Below are positions 34,306-43,430 of a DNA stretch of 64,000 bases, piece by piece. Source of the stretch: a virus. Below the pieces are notes generated by a model, which was not told where the DNA came from, made no database searches, and worked only from the letters and a program-made list of their open reading frames with translations. The stretch is taken from the IMG/VR virus record IMGVR_UViG_3300044701_001468; one strand, written 5' to 3'. The position numbers and the translations under genes are program-made. How positions within the stretch are numbered: position 1 is the first letter of the stretch; every line of letters starts with the position of its first letter.

Positions 34306-36744
34306 AATACTTATTGTATGTTTCTTTTAGAAGAGTTAGAGCATCATGATATGGTGTGATATCAGTATCATATTCATCACCAAAATTCCATTCATTAAGT
34401 TGTTGAATAGCAGCAGTTGTTGCATTCATGAGAGTCAGTAAACCTTCACGATCTACAACAAGTGTTACCAGTGGTTCTTGATCAATTTTACTTGAGATTT
34501 CCATGATAGGGTATGAAGAGAACGTTTTGTTTAGAATCTGAGTGTCTAGCAGCAAACCAATCAAAGAACTCTTCTTCTAGTGCTTGTGCATTGATTCGAT
34601 GTTTAGTTTTAAGTTGTGGTGTTTTACATGCACGAGAACGACTGAGTAGGTAATCGATACGAATACCCGCCCAATCGATGAGTTCATTGTAGTGTTGCTC
34701 TTTATTCATTGATAGTAAGAATCATTGAGAAATGATCATAAGATTGCATTGATTGATTTGCTGGTAGGAGTTCTTCAACAGATTTAACCCATTCAGCAGG
34801 GAATTTATCACGCTTTCGTAGTAGTTTAACAAAATCATCATACTCTAGATCAGATTGATCAATAACAACTTTGTATTGAGTTTCGTTGAGAGGAGCAAGA
34901 GTAATCATGAGTCGTAAGGATTATTTGAATGTAAAGCATAGTTAAACACTAAAGCAATCAATGCTAGAGCAAACCATGCTGCAAAAAATGTCATCATTGT
35001 GGTAATGGTTTTAAACGGCGAGAGACACAATCTTGGAATTGTTGCCATTCTTTTTCTGTGAAGTTGTCGGAAGCATAAGGTATGCCAACATAAGCAGCAC
35101 AATAGCGAGCAACATTTTCTGGAACAGCATAAGGATCAGTGGCAGCAATCAGAGTAGACAGAGCAAGTTCAATCATGATTTGTAAACTCTTTCATTAACT
35201 CATTTAGTCGTTGATTAGATCGATAGTTTTGAATGATGTCAACGACACAATAACCAAAGGCAAATCCTGCCATGATAGTAGTAATAATCATAATAGTTTT
35301 TAGCGAGCGTAAAGATAAGAACCTGCCCAATCGGCATTAGCAAACAGATATTCGCGGTCAGAGATCAAACGAAGATCATAACGTACACCTTTGGCAGGTG
35401 CTTTAAGGCTAGCGGGTTTGTACACTTCACCAGTCTTTTTATCAATGAAAGCATGAATACTATCACGCTTACCATCGATACACATAAAGATCTTGTGATA
35501 CTTACGACCAGAAGAATTCAGTTCGTAACCATAACCATCAGGTGCAACGTGAGTGAGAGCATCACACAACATCATACCATACTTAACAACATTCAGATAC
35601 AGAGTGTTGCGAGCATCTTGCTCTGCTTGGAAGTCAGCGAAGGTGGCAGTCATTTGTTCTGTGCTGTTGTATGTATGATACCAAGGATGCCAGGACATGT
35701 CAAGGTATGGGGGCATTAGCAATCCTTATCGAACCATCGAGATTAAATACAGATCCACAATCAGGGCAATTCCACGAGTGAATTCTATCAGTTTCCCAGC
35801 TTGACACAGCGATTACAGTAGAGTAAAAGTATGGCGGGGAATGATTTTCATGATACTCAGGAGGAATTGGAAGTGTATGCCACAACGAATTACATACTGG
35901 ACAATGAGAAATCTTATCCATTAAGTAAACTCCGCAATATAATAATCAACAGTCACCTCATTCTCCGCAGCAAGACGCTCAAGATCTTCTACATAATAGT
36001 CAATCAATTCCTTCTCACGATATTCTTCAATATTGAGAAGAATTTCAGACATGTCTTGTTCTTCAGTCATTTCGCGTAAATGCAATTAGGATTGTGAGGT
36101 TGCTGAGCACATGCTTTATCATATGCTTTCATCAATTCTTGATCACGTTTGATCAACATGCCATTCCACATCAGAACAGCAATCACACCAAGAAAAATGT
36201 AAGTGATGTTTTTGGATTTCATCAGCAAGCACCGTAGAAAGGATTACCGAGTTGGGGAAGATTAGAATTGTCGCGGGTCTGAACATAACCATATGCTTGA
36301 CGCTCACGAATATCAAGCATCATCTCCACACGATTCAGAAACTTTTTAGATACTTGACCATGAGGAGCAAAGGTAACAGCACGAAGAAACCACTGCTGCG
36401 AAATATCACCATAAGGAGTTTTGACAGGGTAGAAGTCAACAATCATGTTGCCATCCTTGCTAGTCAGTTGGGGCGTTTGCAGAGTCTGCATCGGTCTGTC
36501 TCGATTACCTTAGTAGTATAAGGGATCAGGGGTCCAGTGTCAAGCGTCCCTTTGATTTGCTTTTCTTATGGGTCGCTGGGGTGGTCGATTTGGATTGCTT
36601 TTCTTTTGTGATTTTTTGCTGTTTTCTAATGTACTCTACTGCCTTGTCAGCGGTCGCAACATCTGCAATCTGCTGCCCATTGTAAAGTATAACGTATCTA
36701 GTGCCATGCCACGGCACTGCTGCATATCCATCTTTAGTAATCAT
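34295..36744 (-). CDS. Block of about 11 small early hypothetical genes
   Basis: Abutting ORFs: 34295-34504, 34488-34709, 34702-34908, 34905-34997, 34994-35176, 35169-35291, 35700-35921 (CxxC...CxxC zinc ribbon), 35921-36070, 36067-36222, 36222-36491, 36526-36744. Many have ATGA overlaps. Confidence 0.65.
35300..35653 (-). CDS. Conserved T4-like phage hypothetical protein
   Basis: Start MTATFADF after promoter TTGACA-17-TATCAT (35675-35703). It has GRKYHKI...HAFIDKKTGEVYKPASLKAPAKGVRY...WAGSYLY motifs. Confidence 0.8.
   Translation of the reverse strand: MTATFADFQAEQDARNTLYLNVVKYGMMLCDALTHVAPDGYGYELNSSGRKYHKIFMCIDGKRDSIHAFIDKKTGEVYKPASLKAPAKGVRYDLRLISDREYLFANADWAGSYLYAR
36515..36543 (-). 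promoter_or_regulatory. sigma70-type promoter
   Basis: TTGACA-17-TATACT. Confidence 0.8.
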
Positions 36745-37646
36745 CGCTTAACAATTAAAATTTCATGTGATTCTTTTGCTACATCCTGTGCTGGTGTTAG
36801 AATGCCACGATCCATTTTATTCTTACCAATTCTCTTCTCTCCTAGAGCATATGAGTAATGCCACTCTGGATAGTACAATTCAAAGTCTTTGTAATACTCT
36901 CGAATCGTTTCGCAGTTATTGTAAGATAGAATGAATGTACCTTTGTGATTGTGCAACAGATCACGCAGCTTTTCGTGATCAAATCCAGTGTGATGTACGT
37001 CGATGTTGCAGTTAGGATACATGCCTTTCAGCATTTTATTGTCGCTGTCCTTCTCTAGGTAGTAGGGCGGGTCCAGGTAAATGAAATCACGAGAAAATTC
37101 AGGAATGACATCCACGAAGTTACCTTGTGCCACTGATAATAGTGGATTGCGATAACTACGAATGTTGTCTACCATTTTATGCCACTTCTTCTCGTCCTGA
37201 TAGATCTTACTGATCCATCCCAAATACATTGGACCATAGGACAAATTATGATTGAAATAGTAGTATGCTGCAGCAGTCACTGCTGACAACTGAATTGGAT
37301 CACGCTTATAATAGTCTGTGCGCCAATCCTTGAGCAACTCCTGTGTATTCTCCCACTGAATCAAAATCTCTTTGATCTCAGCATACCTTTCCTTGGTAGG
37401 AGTCAGTGTCATCATCTCATCTGCTAATTCTTGTGGAGAATTCAGTAGTACATTCCAGAAGTTGACTAGAACATCGAAAATATCGAATCCCAGAACGGGC
37501 ACACCATACTCTGATGCCCAACGCGACTCAAGACTGCCACCACCAACAAATGGTGAAATAATACGCTCAGGTTTGGTCTCGATGTAACCCGTAATGATAT
37601 TATACGCTTTAGATTTACCACCAGCGTAGCGAATAGGTGTCTTCAT
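36741..37646 (-). CDS. DNA adenine methyltransferase (Dam/D12 class)
   Basis: True start MKTPIRYAGGKS at 37646 (the track extends it into the upstream gene). Motif I PFVGGGS and catalytic DPPY are present. Confidence 0.92.
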   Translation of the reverse strand: MKTPIRYAGGKSKAYNIITGYIETKPERIISPFVGGGSLESRWASEYGVPVLGFDIFDVLVNFWNVLLNSPQELADEMMTLTPTKERYAEIKEILIQWENTQELLKDWRTDYYKRDPIQLSAVTAAAYYYFNHNLSYGPMYLGWISKIYQDEKKWHKMVDNIRSYRNPLLSVAQGNFVDVIPEFSRDFIYLDPPYYLEKDSDNKMLKGMYPNCNIDVHHTGFDHEKLRDLLHNHKGTFILSYNNCETIREYYKDFELYYPEWHYSYALGEKRIGKNKMDRGILTPAQDVAKESHEILIVKR

Positions 37647-37650
37647 AGAT

Positions 37651-38223
37651 TCAACTGCTCTTAGATGTACGATCAATCTTGTATTGACCAAATGCTTCGT
37701 GAATGTTGCTGGGAAGCGAAACGCCAGTCTCCTGATAGTTCCACTTGGGATAGCAATCTTCAATGATATTATACTGCGAAAGGCAATTTTCTTCAATACC
37801 CTTTGCGCTCACAGGAACAACCACTTGATTAGACTTGAACAACCCAGGCACCTCAACTACAATGGGTTCCATGTAAATCATATACACTTCGACTTTATTA
37901 CCTTTGTCGAGTTCTTCACGCATGAACCAGTTAATAGCAAATCGATTGATACCAGGGTCATCTTGACCAGCATTCAAATAAAAATTCATGCAACCTTGAA
38001 TGCCACTCTTAGTGGAAGACTGACCAATTTTATATATCTCCTCGTTGACACACAGAATATACACCAGCGAAACGTGTTTTGTCTTCAGTTTCTTGGGGAA
38101 ATTACTATCGTAATTCAGTGTCAGTTTAGTTTTGTGAAATACATGTTTAGGACCAGAATAAATTTCGGTTCCGTGTACAATTTCTCCTACTCGAATTGCA
38201 GTGGGAACATCAATAATTTTCAT
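37651..38223 (-). CDS. GIY-YIG endonuclease, R.Hpy188I-like
   Basis: LVYILCVNEEIYKIGQS (GIY-YIG hairpin), NKVEVY, SAKGIEENCL and YPKWNYQE align by eye with my recollection of R.Hpy188I (LVYVFVIQGKIFKIGHS...VQVY...AENVIL...KPIGCTQT). Confidence 0.6.
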   Translation of the reverse strand: MKIIDVPTAIRVGEIVHGTEIYSGPKHVFHKTKLTLNYDSNFPKKLKTKHVSLVYILCVNEEIYKIGQSSTKSGIQGCMNFYLNAGQDDPGINRFAINWFMREELDKGNKVEVYMIYMEPIVVEVPGLFKSNQVVVPVSAKGIEENCLSQYNIIEDCYPKWNYQETGVSLPSNIHEAFGQYKIDRTSKSS

Positions 38224-38246
38224 GGTTGGTTGGTTGGTATCTTGGT

Positions 38247-38275
38247 ATTATAAGGGAATGGGGGGCGCTTGTCAA
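38247..38275 (-). promoter_or_regulatory. Perfect consensus sigma70 promoter
   Basis: TTGACA (38270-38275), 17 nt, TATAAT (38247-38252). It drives the nuclease and methyltransferase. Confidence 0.9.
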
Positions 38276-38288
38276 CCCCCCTTGACAC

Positions 38289-39539
38289 TCATGCAATAAT
38301 GCTGGTGGGCGGCACCCCCTTCACAAAGATAGCATCAACAACTGCCTGCAGACGTTTCTGAATCTGAGCACCATAATTGCCGTAGATGGGTACAGTTACG
38401 AAACCAAAAGGTTTGCGATAGTTACCCAGATCACCAGCGGTAATCTTACCTTCCGCAATGTCACGCGCATCATCAGCATTCATGCGGATCACACGACCAA
38501 TGGTTTGCGCCATCTCTACGATGTTAAGGTTACGAAGCAGCACACAATGCGTCAGACCAGGCACATTCATACCCTCAGACAGGATAGAATAGTGAAACAC
38601 AACAAACTTACGATTGGGATCTTTGCCCCACGCAGTCAACGTGTCAAAGAATACCTCACGATTTACTTTGGTCTTGTTGATATATGCACCATGCTTAGCA
38701 GTGATGTGCATCACATCATAACCACGCTCAGTGAGATCCTGCAGCATAGAAGTTGCAGCAACCATTCCCCAAATAATCTTGCTGCTAGGTGCTGCTACGA
38801 GGATTTTCTGCCCAGCATCAGCATCAAGATTATCAATGATGTCAAGCACAGTATTGCTATCGCAATCAGCAGCGTTAGACTTGGTGCGAGCAACTGCAGG
38901 TTGCTCATGAACAACAATCTGGGGAGGAATGATGCTGCCAGACTCAATCAATTCCTGAGCAGGAACGATGTGAAGAGTCTTACCGAACACCAGAGAGTTG
39001 TTCATACCACGACCCATAGGATTCTTCGACTGACGAGGAGTTGCAGTGAAGAAGTAGCAGGCATTTGCCATCTGAGAAACCATAGCAGTTTTAGGAAAGA
39101 ACTGCCTGCTGGTAGCATTGTGTGCTTCATCGAAGTAAGCAACATCAATATCTACACCTGCCTCAACAATCTTGTGCAGAGAGTTGTAGGTAGTGAAGAT
39201 CAAGCAAGACTCACCAGCAGCGCGGGCAGTGTTGTTAAACAGACCAATCTTATCAGATTTGGTGCTGCTGAAGTGATGAGTATCACCAGAGTGAACATGA
39301 AGAATGTGAACATTCTTGGTGTCAATTACTTGCAGGTATTCTTCACACAACTGGTTGACCAGCAGCAGGCGGGGGCAGACCACAACCGCCGTCAGACCAC
39401 GCTGAGAGGCGCTCAGACGGCGCTGGAGGTCCATGATGGCAATCAGAGTCTTGCCGCCGCCAGTGGGCACCAGAACGCTGCCGTGGGACGCTTGGAGCAT
39501 GGCATCGAGAGCAGTCTGCTGGTGGGGGCGAAGTTTCAT
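38289..39539 (-). CDS. SF2 helicase, type III restriction Res-subunit-like (DEAH)
   Basis: PTGGGKT, DEAH, TAT, SEGMNVPG and QTIGRVIR motifs. It has its own promoter, TTGACG-17-TATTAT (39563-39591). Confidence 0.88.
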   Translation of the reverse strand: MKLRPHQQTALDAMLQASHGSVLVPTGGGKTLIAIMDLQRRLSASQRGLTAVVVCPRLLLVNQLCEEYLQVIDTKNVHILHVHSGDTHHFSSTKSDKIGLFNNTARAAGESCLIFTTYNSLHKIVEAGVDIDVAYFDEAHNATSRQFFPKTAMVSQMANACYFFTATPRQSKNPMGRGMNNSLVFGKTLHIVPAQELIESGSIIPPQIVVHEQPAVARTKSNAADCDSNTVLDIIDNLDADAGQKILVAAPSSKIIWGMVAATSMLQDLTERGYDVMHITAKHGAYINKTKVNREVFFDTLTAWGKDPNRKFVVFHYSILSEGMNVPGLTHCVLLRNLNIVEMAQTIGRVIRMNADDARDIAEGKITAGDLGNYRKPFGFVTVPIYGNYGAQIQKRLQAVVDAIFVKGVPPTSIIA

Positions 39540-39631
39540 GGCGAATTGATTTGTATGAGACTATAATACAGGCAAAGGCAGGAGTCGTCAAGACCCCTGC
39601 CCATTAGCGTTGCTTATGATAGCAATAAAGT

Positions 39632-40039
39632 TTACTTATTCATCTGAAGTGTGGGCACAGGCATACCACCTTCGGTAGGCACATAGATGGTTACGTTACC
39701 ATTTTTGCTACCATCTTCCAGACCAGTGATATACAAATACTGAAGATATTCACGATTATCTTTCAGACTATCACCGATGATTTGGTTTGCTTTGGCAACA
39801 CCAGTAGCACGAATGATCTCAGCATCAGCAAGTTGTTGTGCCGAATCTTTCTTTGCTTGTGCTTCCAGAACTGCTACCTGACGAGTATATTCTGCCTTTT
39901 GCAGTTCTGCTTTACCAGCAAGAGATTGTTGCCACACATTGTAGAGTGGTCCACCAAAGAATAGCAGAGCAACGACAACTACAAACCCACCACCAATAAC
40001 AATGGCAACAGGGGTATTAGGATCATTGTAACGAGTCAT
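39632..40039 (-). CDS. Membrane-anchored coiled-coil protein (SPFH/band-7-like C-terminus)
   Basis: N-terminal TM segment, AEIIRATGVAKANQIIGDSL and IYVPTE motifs. Confidence 0.7.
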   Translation of the reverse strand: MTRYNDPNTPVAIVIGGGFVVVVALLFFGGPLYNVWQQSLAGKAELQKAEYTRQVAVLEAQAKKDSAQQLADAEIIRATGVAKANQIIGDSLKDNREYLQYLYITGLEDGSKNGNVTIYVPTEGGMPVPTLQMNK

Positions 40040-40054
40040 AATTTACCTCAAAAA

Positions 40055-40450
40055 TTAAACAGCAAGGGCGCCAGAAGGAATTTCTACAACTTCAGGCAGT
40101 TTACTATCATCAAACTGATTCATATTATAGCACACCCACTCACGACCACGGAAGATATATGCAAACTCTTCGCTGTTATCAGGCAGAAGATATTCACACA
40201 GGTTAGCATCAAGACGAGGGGGGCAGTTATCACCACGAGCAGAATAATACTCGGGTTGATAGTTGCCATTCTCACCAGTCCAGCAAGTGCTCATGTCACC
40301 ACCATCAATCAGTTCAGCGACTTTATCTTTGGTGTTGTAGTGAGTGTTAAGAATACGTCCCAACCATTCGGGATAACCATCCCAATGATGATAGGCAGAC
40401 AGAATGCTGCCATCTTTCAGTTCAATACCAATGCGAGAACGAGTTGCCAT
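40055..40450 (-). CDS. Conserved phage hypothetical protein
   Basis: MATRSRIG...YHHWDGYPEWLG...GGDMS motif. Confidence 0.8.
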   Translation of the reverse strand: MATRSRIGIELKDGSILSAYHHWDGYPEWLGRILNTHYNTKDKVAELIDGGDMSTCWTGENGNYQPEYYSARGDNCPPRLDANLCEYLLPDNSEEFAYIFRGREWVCYNMNQFDDSKLPEVVEIPSGALAV

Positions 40451-40480
40451 GTCAGTTAATAAAATAGGAATCAGGTTGGT

Positions 40481-43105
40481 TCAGAACTTTACATTAACGC
40501 CAACAACTTTTGCCTTAGGATTGCGAGCGAGAGCAGTCTCACGAGCATTTTGAGGATTAGTAGCAATCACTTCTTCATCCCAAGTTTTACCACCAACATA
40601 AAGTTTGACGAGATAAGTCATGGGTGTCTCTCGATTACCTATGTAATATAGGGCATTCGGGGGCAGGAGTCAAGGGGTCGAACCATCAGGGTTTCTTATA
40701 CATCGCTTTCAGTGTAGCGATTTCTGCTTTTAGTTCTAACATATCCTGCCTCAGATAGTCATAATCATTCTTCAAATATCCATTTTGTAGTGCTTCATCA
40801 ACAAACTTACCACGATAGATGTTAAGTTCATCATCTGTCTCTACAAATAGATTCTGAAGTTCTTCATATTTGATTTTGAGTTCTTCAAAGTTACGACGCC
40901 AAGAATCACGCTCATCTCGCATAGCGTTATATTCCATTTGCATCAGTTCTTCGTCACTATACTGGTTCATCGCAGACATTTTGAATTGCTTCCATGAGCA
41001 TAGCAGTGATCTGTTCTTCTGTCAAGTGATTGAACATTGCATACGCTGGATCATTTTTATCCCATGAAATAGTCAACGAACCATCTTCATTTTCTGTTAT
41101 GCTCAATGAATCAGTAGACATCGTTAGTTACCTCAAACATAGTATAATTAATCAGAGCATCAATTTGTGCTTGTAGTCTATTTTCCAACTCGTAGAGTGC
41201 ATTGGTAGTTTCTACATTTTCTTGTTCTAAAATATTCACTTTTTCTTCGAGAAATCTGACACGTTCCTCTAAACTATCGTTTTTCATGTGAAATCGCATT
41301 TCCTTTTCCTTGTAGTGATTTAGCAAGAAGATGACTATAATAATCTAGGTATTGAGGATCAAATGATGCTACAGAACCAGCATTTTTGATATGGTCGCGC
41401 ATCTCGGTGAGTTGCTGCCATTCTTCGTCTGTCATGGTTTTTTTAGCGTTTGTCATAGTATATTATCAGGAAATGCTGATAAATCAAGGTTTCTTTATAT
41501 TGTCTTTTTATTGTTGTAACAATTTGTTACAATACACCAACTTCTCTAAGATACTCACGATATCTAGCAAATCTACCAAGGTGTGGTTGACGTGGAATCT
41601 CCAACTGATGGCAAATTTCACAATAACATAACCATTCATACCATGGTGTAGTTGGATCTAACTCATGGTATGGATAGTAATCAGGTTTTTTTTCTCTTGT
41701 TTTAGAGTTTTCCACCTACTTCACCTTCATATGTTTTGGAAGTAGTCCAGCCTTCTTGGCATCCTTTAAGGTAAAATCTGGTTGCTGTAATACAAGTGTC
41801 TCTGTGTAATGACATGATGAGTCCTCTCCCATCTTTGTGAAAACTTTTCCAAGTTTTCCAGCGAGTTTCTTCAACACGGAATGTATCATCAATCCAATCT
41901 ACCTCAGCAATTTCAGGGTGTTCGTTTGGGTGGTTCATTCAAATTCTCGAATACGATTTTTGATTGTTGCTGTGTGATATACGTTCTCAACTCTGGTGTC
42001 TCCTGCCATTCCCAGATTGTTCCATCTTTCTGCGTATGAGTCTTTGTTACTAGTTGTATTTTCATGGATCTCAATGAGTATTTGTGTTTCGTCATTCCAA
42101 TGCCTCAAAACACCTGCTACAATGAAGCAGTTAGTGATAAGATATGTAGCGAAGATAATAGTGCGAATGATAGCAACCTTATCTGCTTCGTGATCTTTGT
42201 TGCTTGCTTTTTGCCCCAGTGCTTTCGCCCACCAGCGCCACATCATTCGTTGTTGCTTCATAGTCAGTTACTTTGTATCGTGTGATATGTTTAATGTAGT
42301 GGTCGTAGCATTGAAACCAGCAGGTTTTCTTGTCGTTGCCGTCTTTGTATTCTAAACGAATAGGGAATCCAGGATGAGGAAACTTAGCGGGGTCATTGCT
42401 GAGTTTAAGACTACATTCCTGTTGGGTAGGTGTAGGGATCTTTGTATCCTTCTTCTGTTTTGTCAGTTTGCCCCAGTTTTGATCCGTTTCCGCTTTGGCG
42501 GTAGCGCGGGTGTTCTTGGCAGACTTCGTAGCAGGCATCGTAGAAACTTTTTTCGGCATAACCACATCCTAACATGAAAGATTTAAAAATGTCAAGCAAC
42601 TCGTGTGCATTGAGGTCGTCACACTTTGTTGAGATTGTCAGTGTCTTGGATGGGTAGCGTTCACCCATACACACCAGTTCATCGTTTTTGTAAGTGAAGG
42701 TTGTTGTACTCATCGTCCTGTTATGTCCTCATAGTCTTGTAGTTTACCATATTTGAAGTGCAATTTCAAGCGGGGCCAGTCCTCCCATGCTCCCTGCCAA
42801 TTAGCAGGATACACTTCGATATACCTTGTGATATAACATGGTTGATATTTGCCATGCACACCAGTAGGAACCCATTCATGATTAAAAAACTTCTTGTCTG
42901 GATTATACTTAGGATGACCTTCTTCGTATATCTCCAGTGTGCTGCATCCAATATAACTTGGATACCACAATAGACCACTGGGATCTAACCAGTAGTCTGT
43001 CATGGTGCCACCAATACCATCTTCAATATCTTTGGTTTGGCACACCACATTTGTAAACTGCTCGCCCAAATCATATGATGAGCGGAAATAGTCGAACATA
43101 CCCAT
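40481..43105 (-). CDS. Block of about 11 small hypothetical genes
   Basis: 40481-40621 (promoter TTGACT-17-TATATT, 40645-40673), 40686-40979, 40957-41121, 41111-41287, 41274-41456, 41527-41715, 41702-41938, 41913-42065, 41935-42261, 42179-42559 (internal promoter TTGACA-18-TAGGAT, 42566-42595), 42411-42713, 42710-43105. Confidence 0.6.
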
Positions 43106-43109
43106 AATT

Positions 43110-43430
43110 TTATCCGATTACTCTATAACATATGGTAGCATTACCACGACTGGGAGAAGAGATACGAGAGAATGCTGCGTAACTCAAATCTAAATCAGCA
43201 TGGCTATATGGTCCCCTATCATTTATACGAACAATAACTTGCTTCATATTGTCTTGATTGGTGACACGAATTCTGCTACCCATTTTAAGATATGGGTGTG
43301 CTGCGGTTAATTGATAAGCACTGAAACGTTCACCATTAGCAGTTCTTTGTCCATGGAAACCATCACCAACACCATAGAAAGTAGCAATTCCACACATTAG
43401 ACCAGCAATAATCATTCTGATTGCTCCCAA
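43110..43430 (-). CDS. rlpA: RlpA-family lytic transglycosylase (DPBB)
   Basis: ATFYG...FHGQRTANGERF...TAAHPYL..GSRIRVTN...VIVRINDRGPY...DLDLSYAAF. Confidence 0.9.
   Translation of the reverse strand: MGAIRMIIAGLMCGIATFYGVGDGFHGQRTANGERFSAYQLTAAHPYLKMGSRIRVTNQDNMKQVIVRINDRGPYSHADLDLSYAAFSRISSPSRGNATICYRVIG

Noticed and set aside
37647-37796. 50-aa N-terminal extension of the methyltransferase in the track
   Set aside because: It overlaps the nuclease gene, and family motifs begin at MKTPIRYAGGKS (37646).
38282-38310. Plus-strand TTGACA
   Set aside because: There is no -10 at 16-18 nt spacing.
38505-39566. 353-aa plus-strand ORF
   Set aside because: It is a codon-register shadow of the helicase, with no promoter/RBS and no domain.
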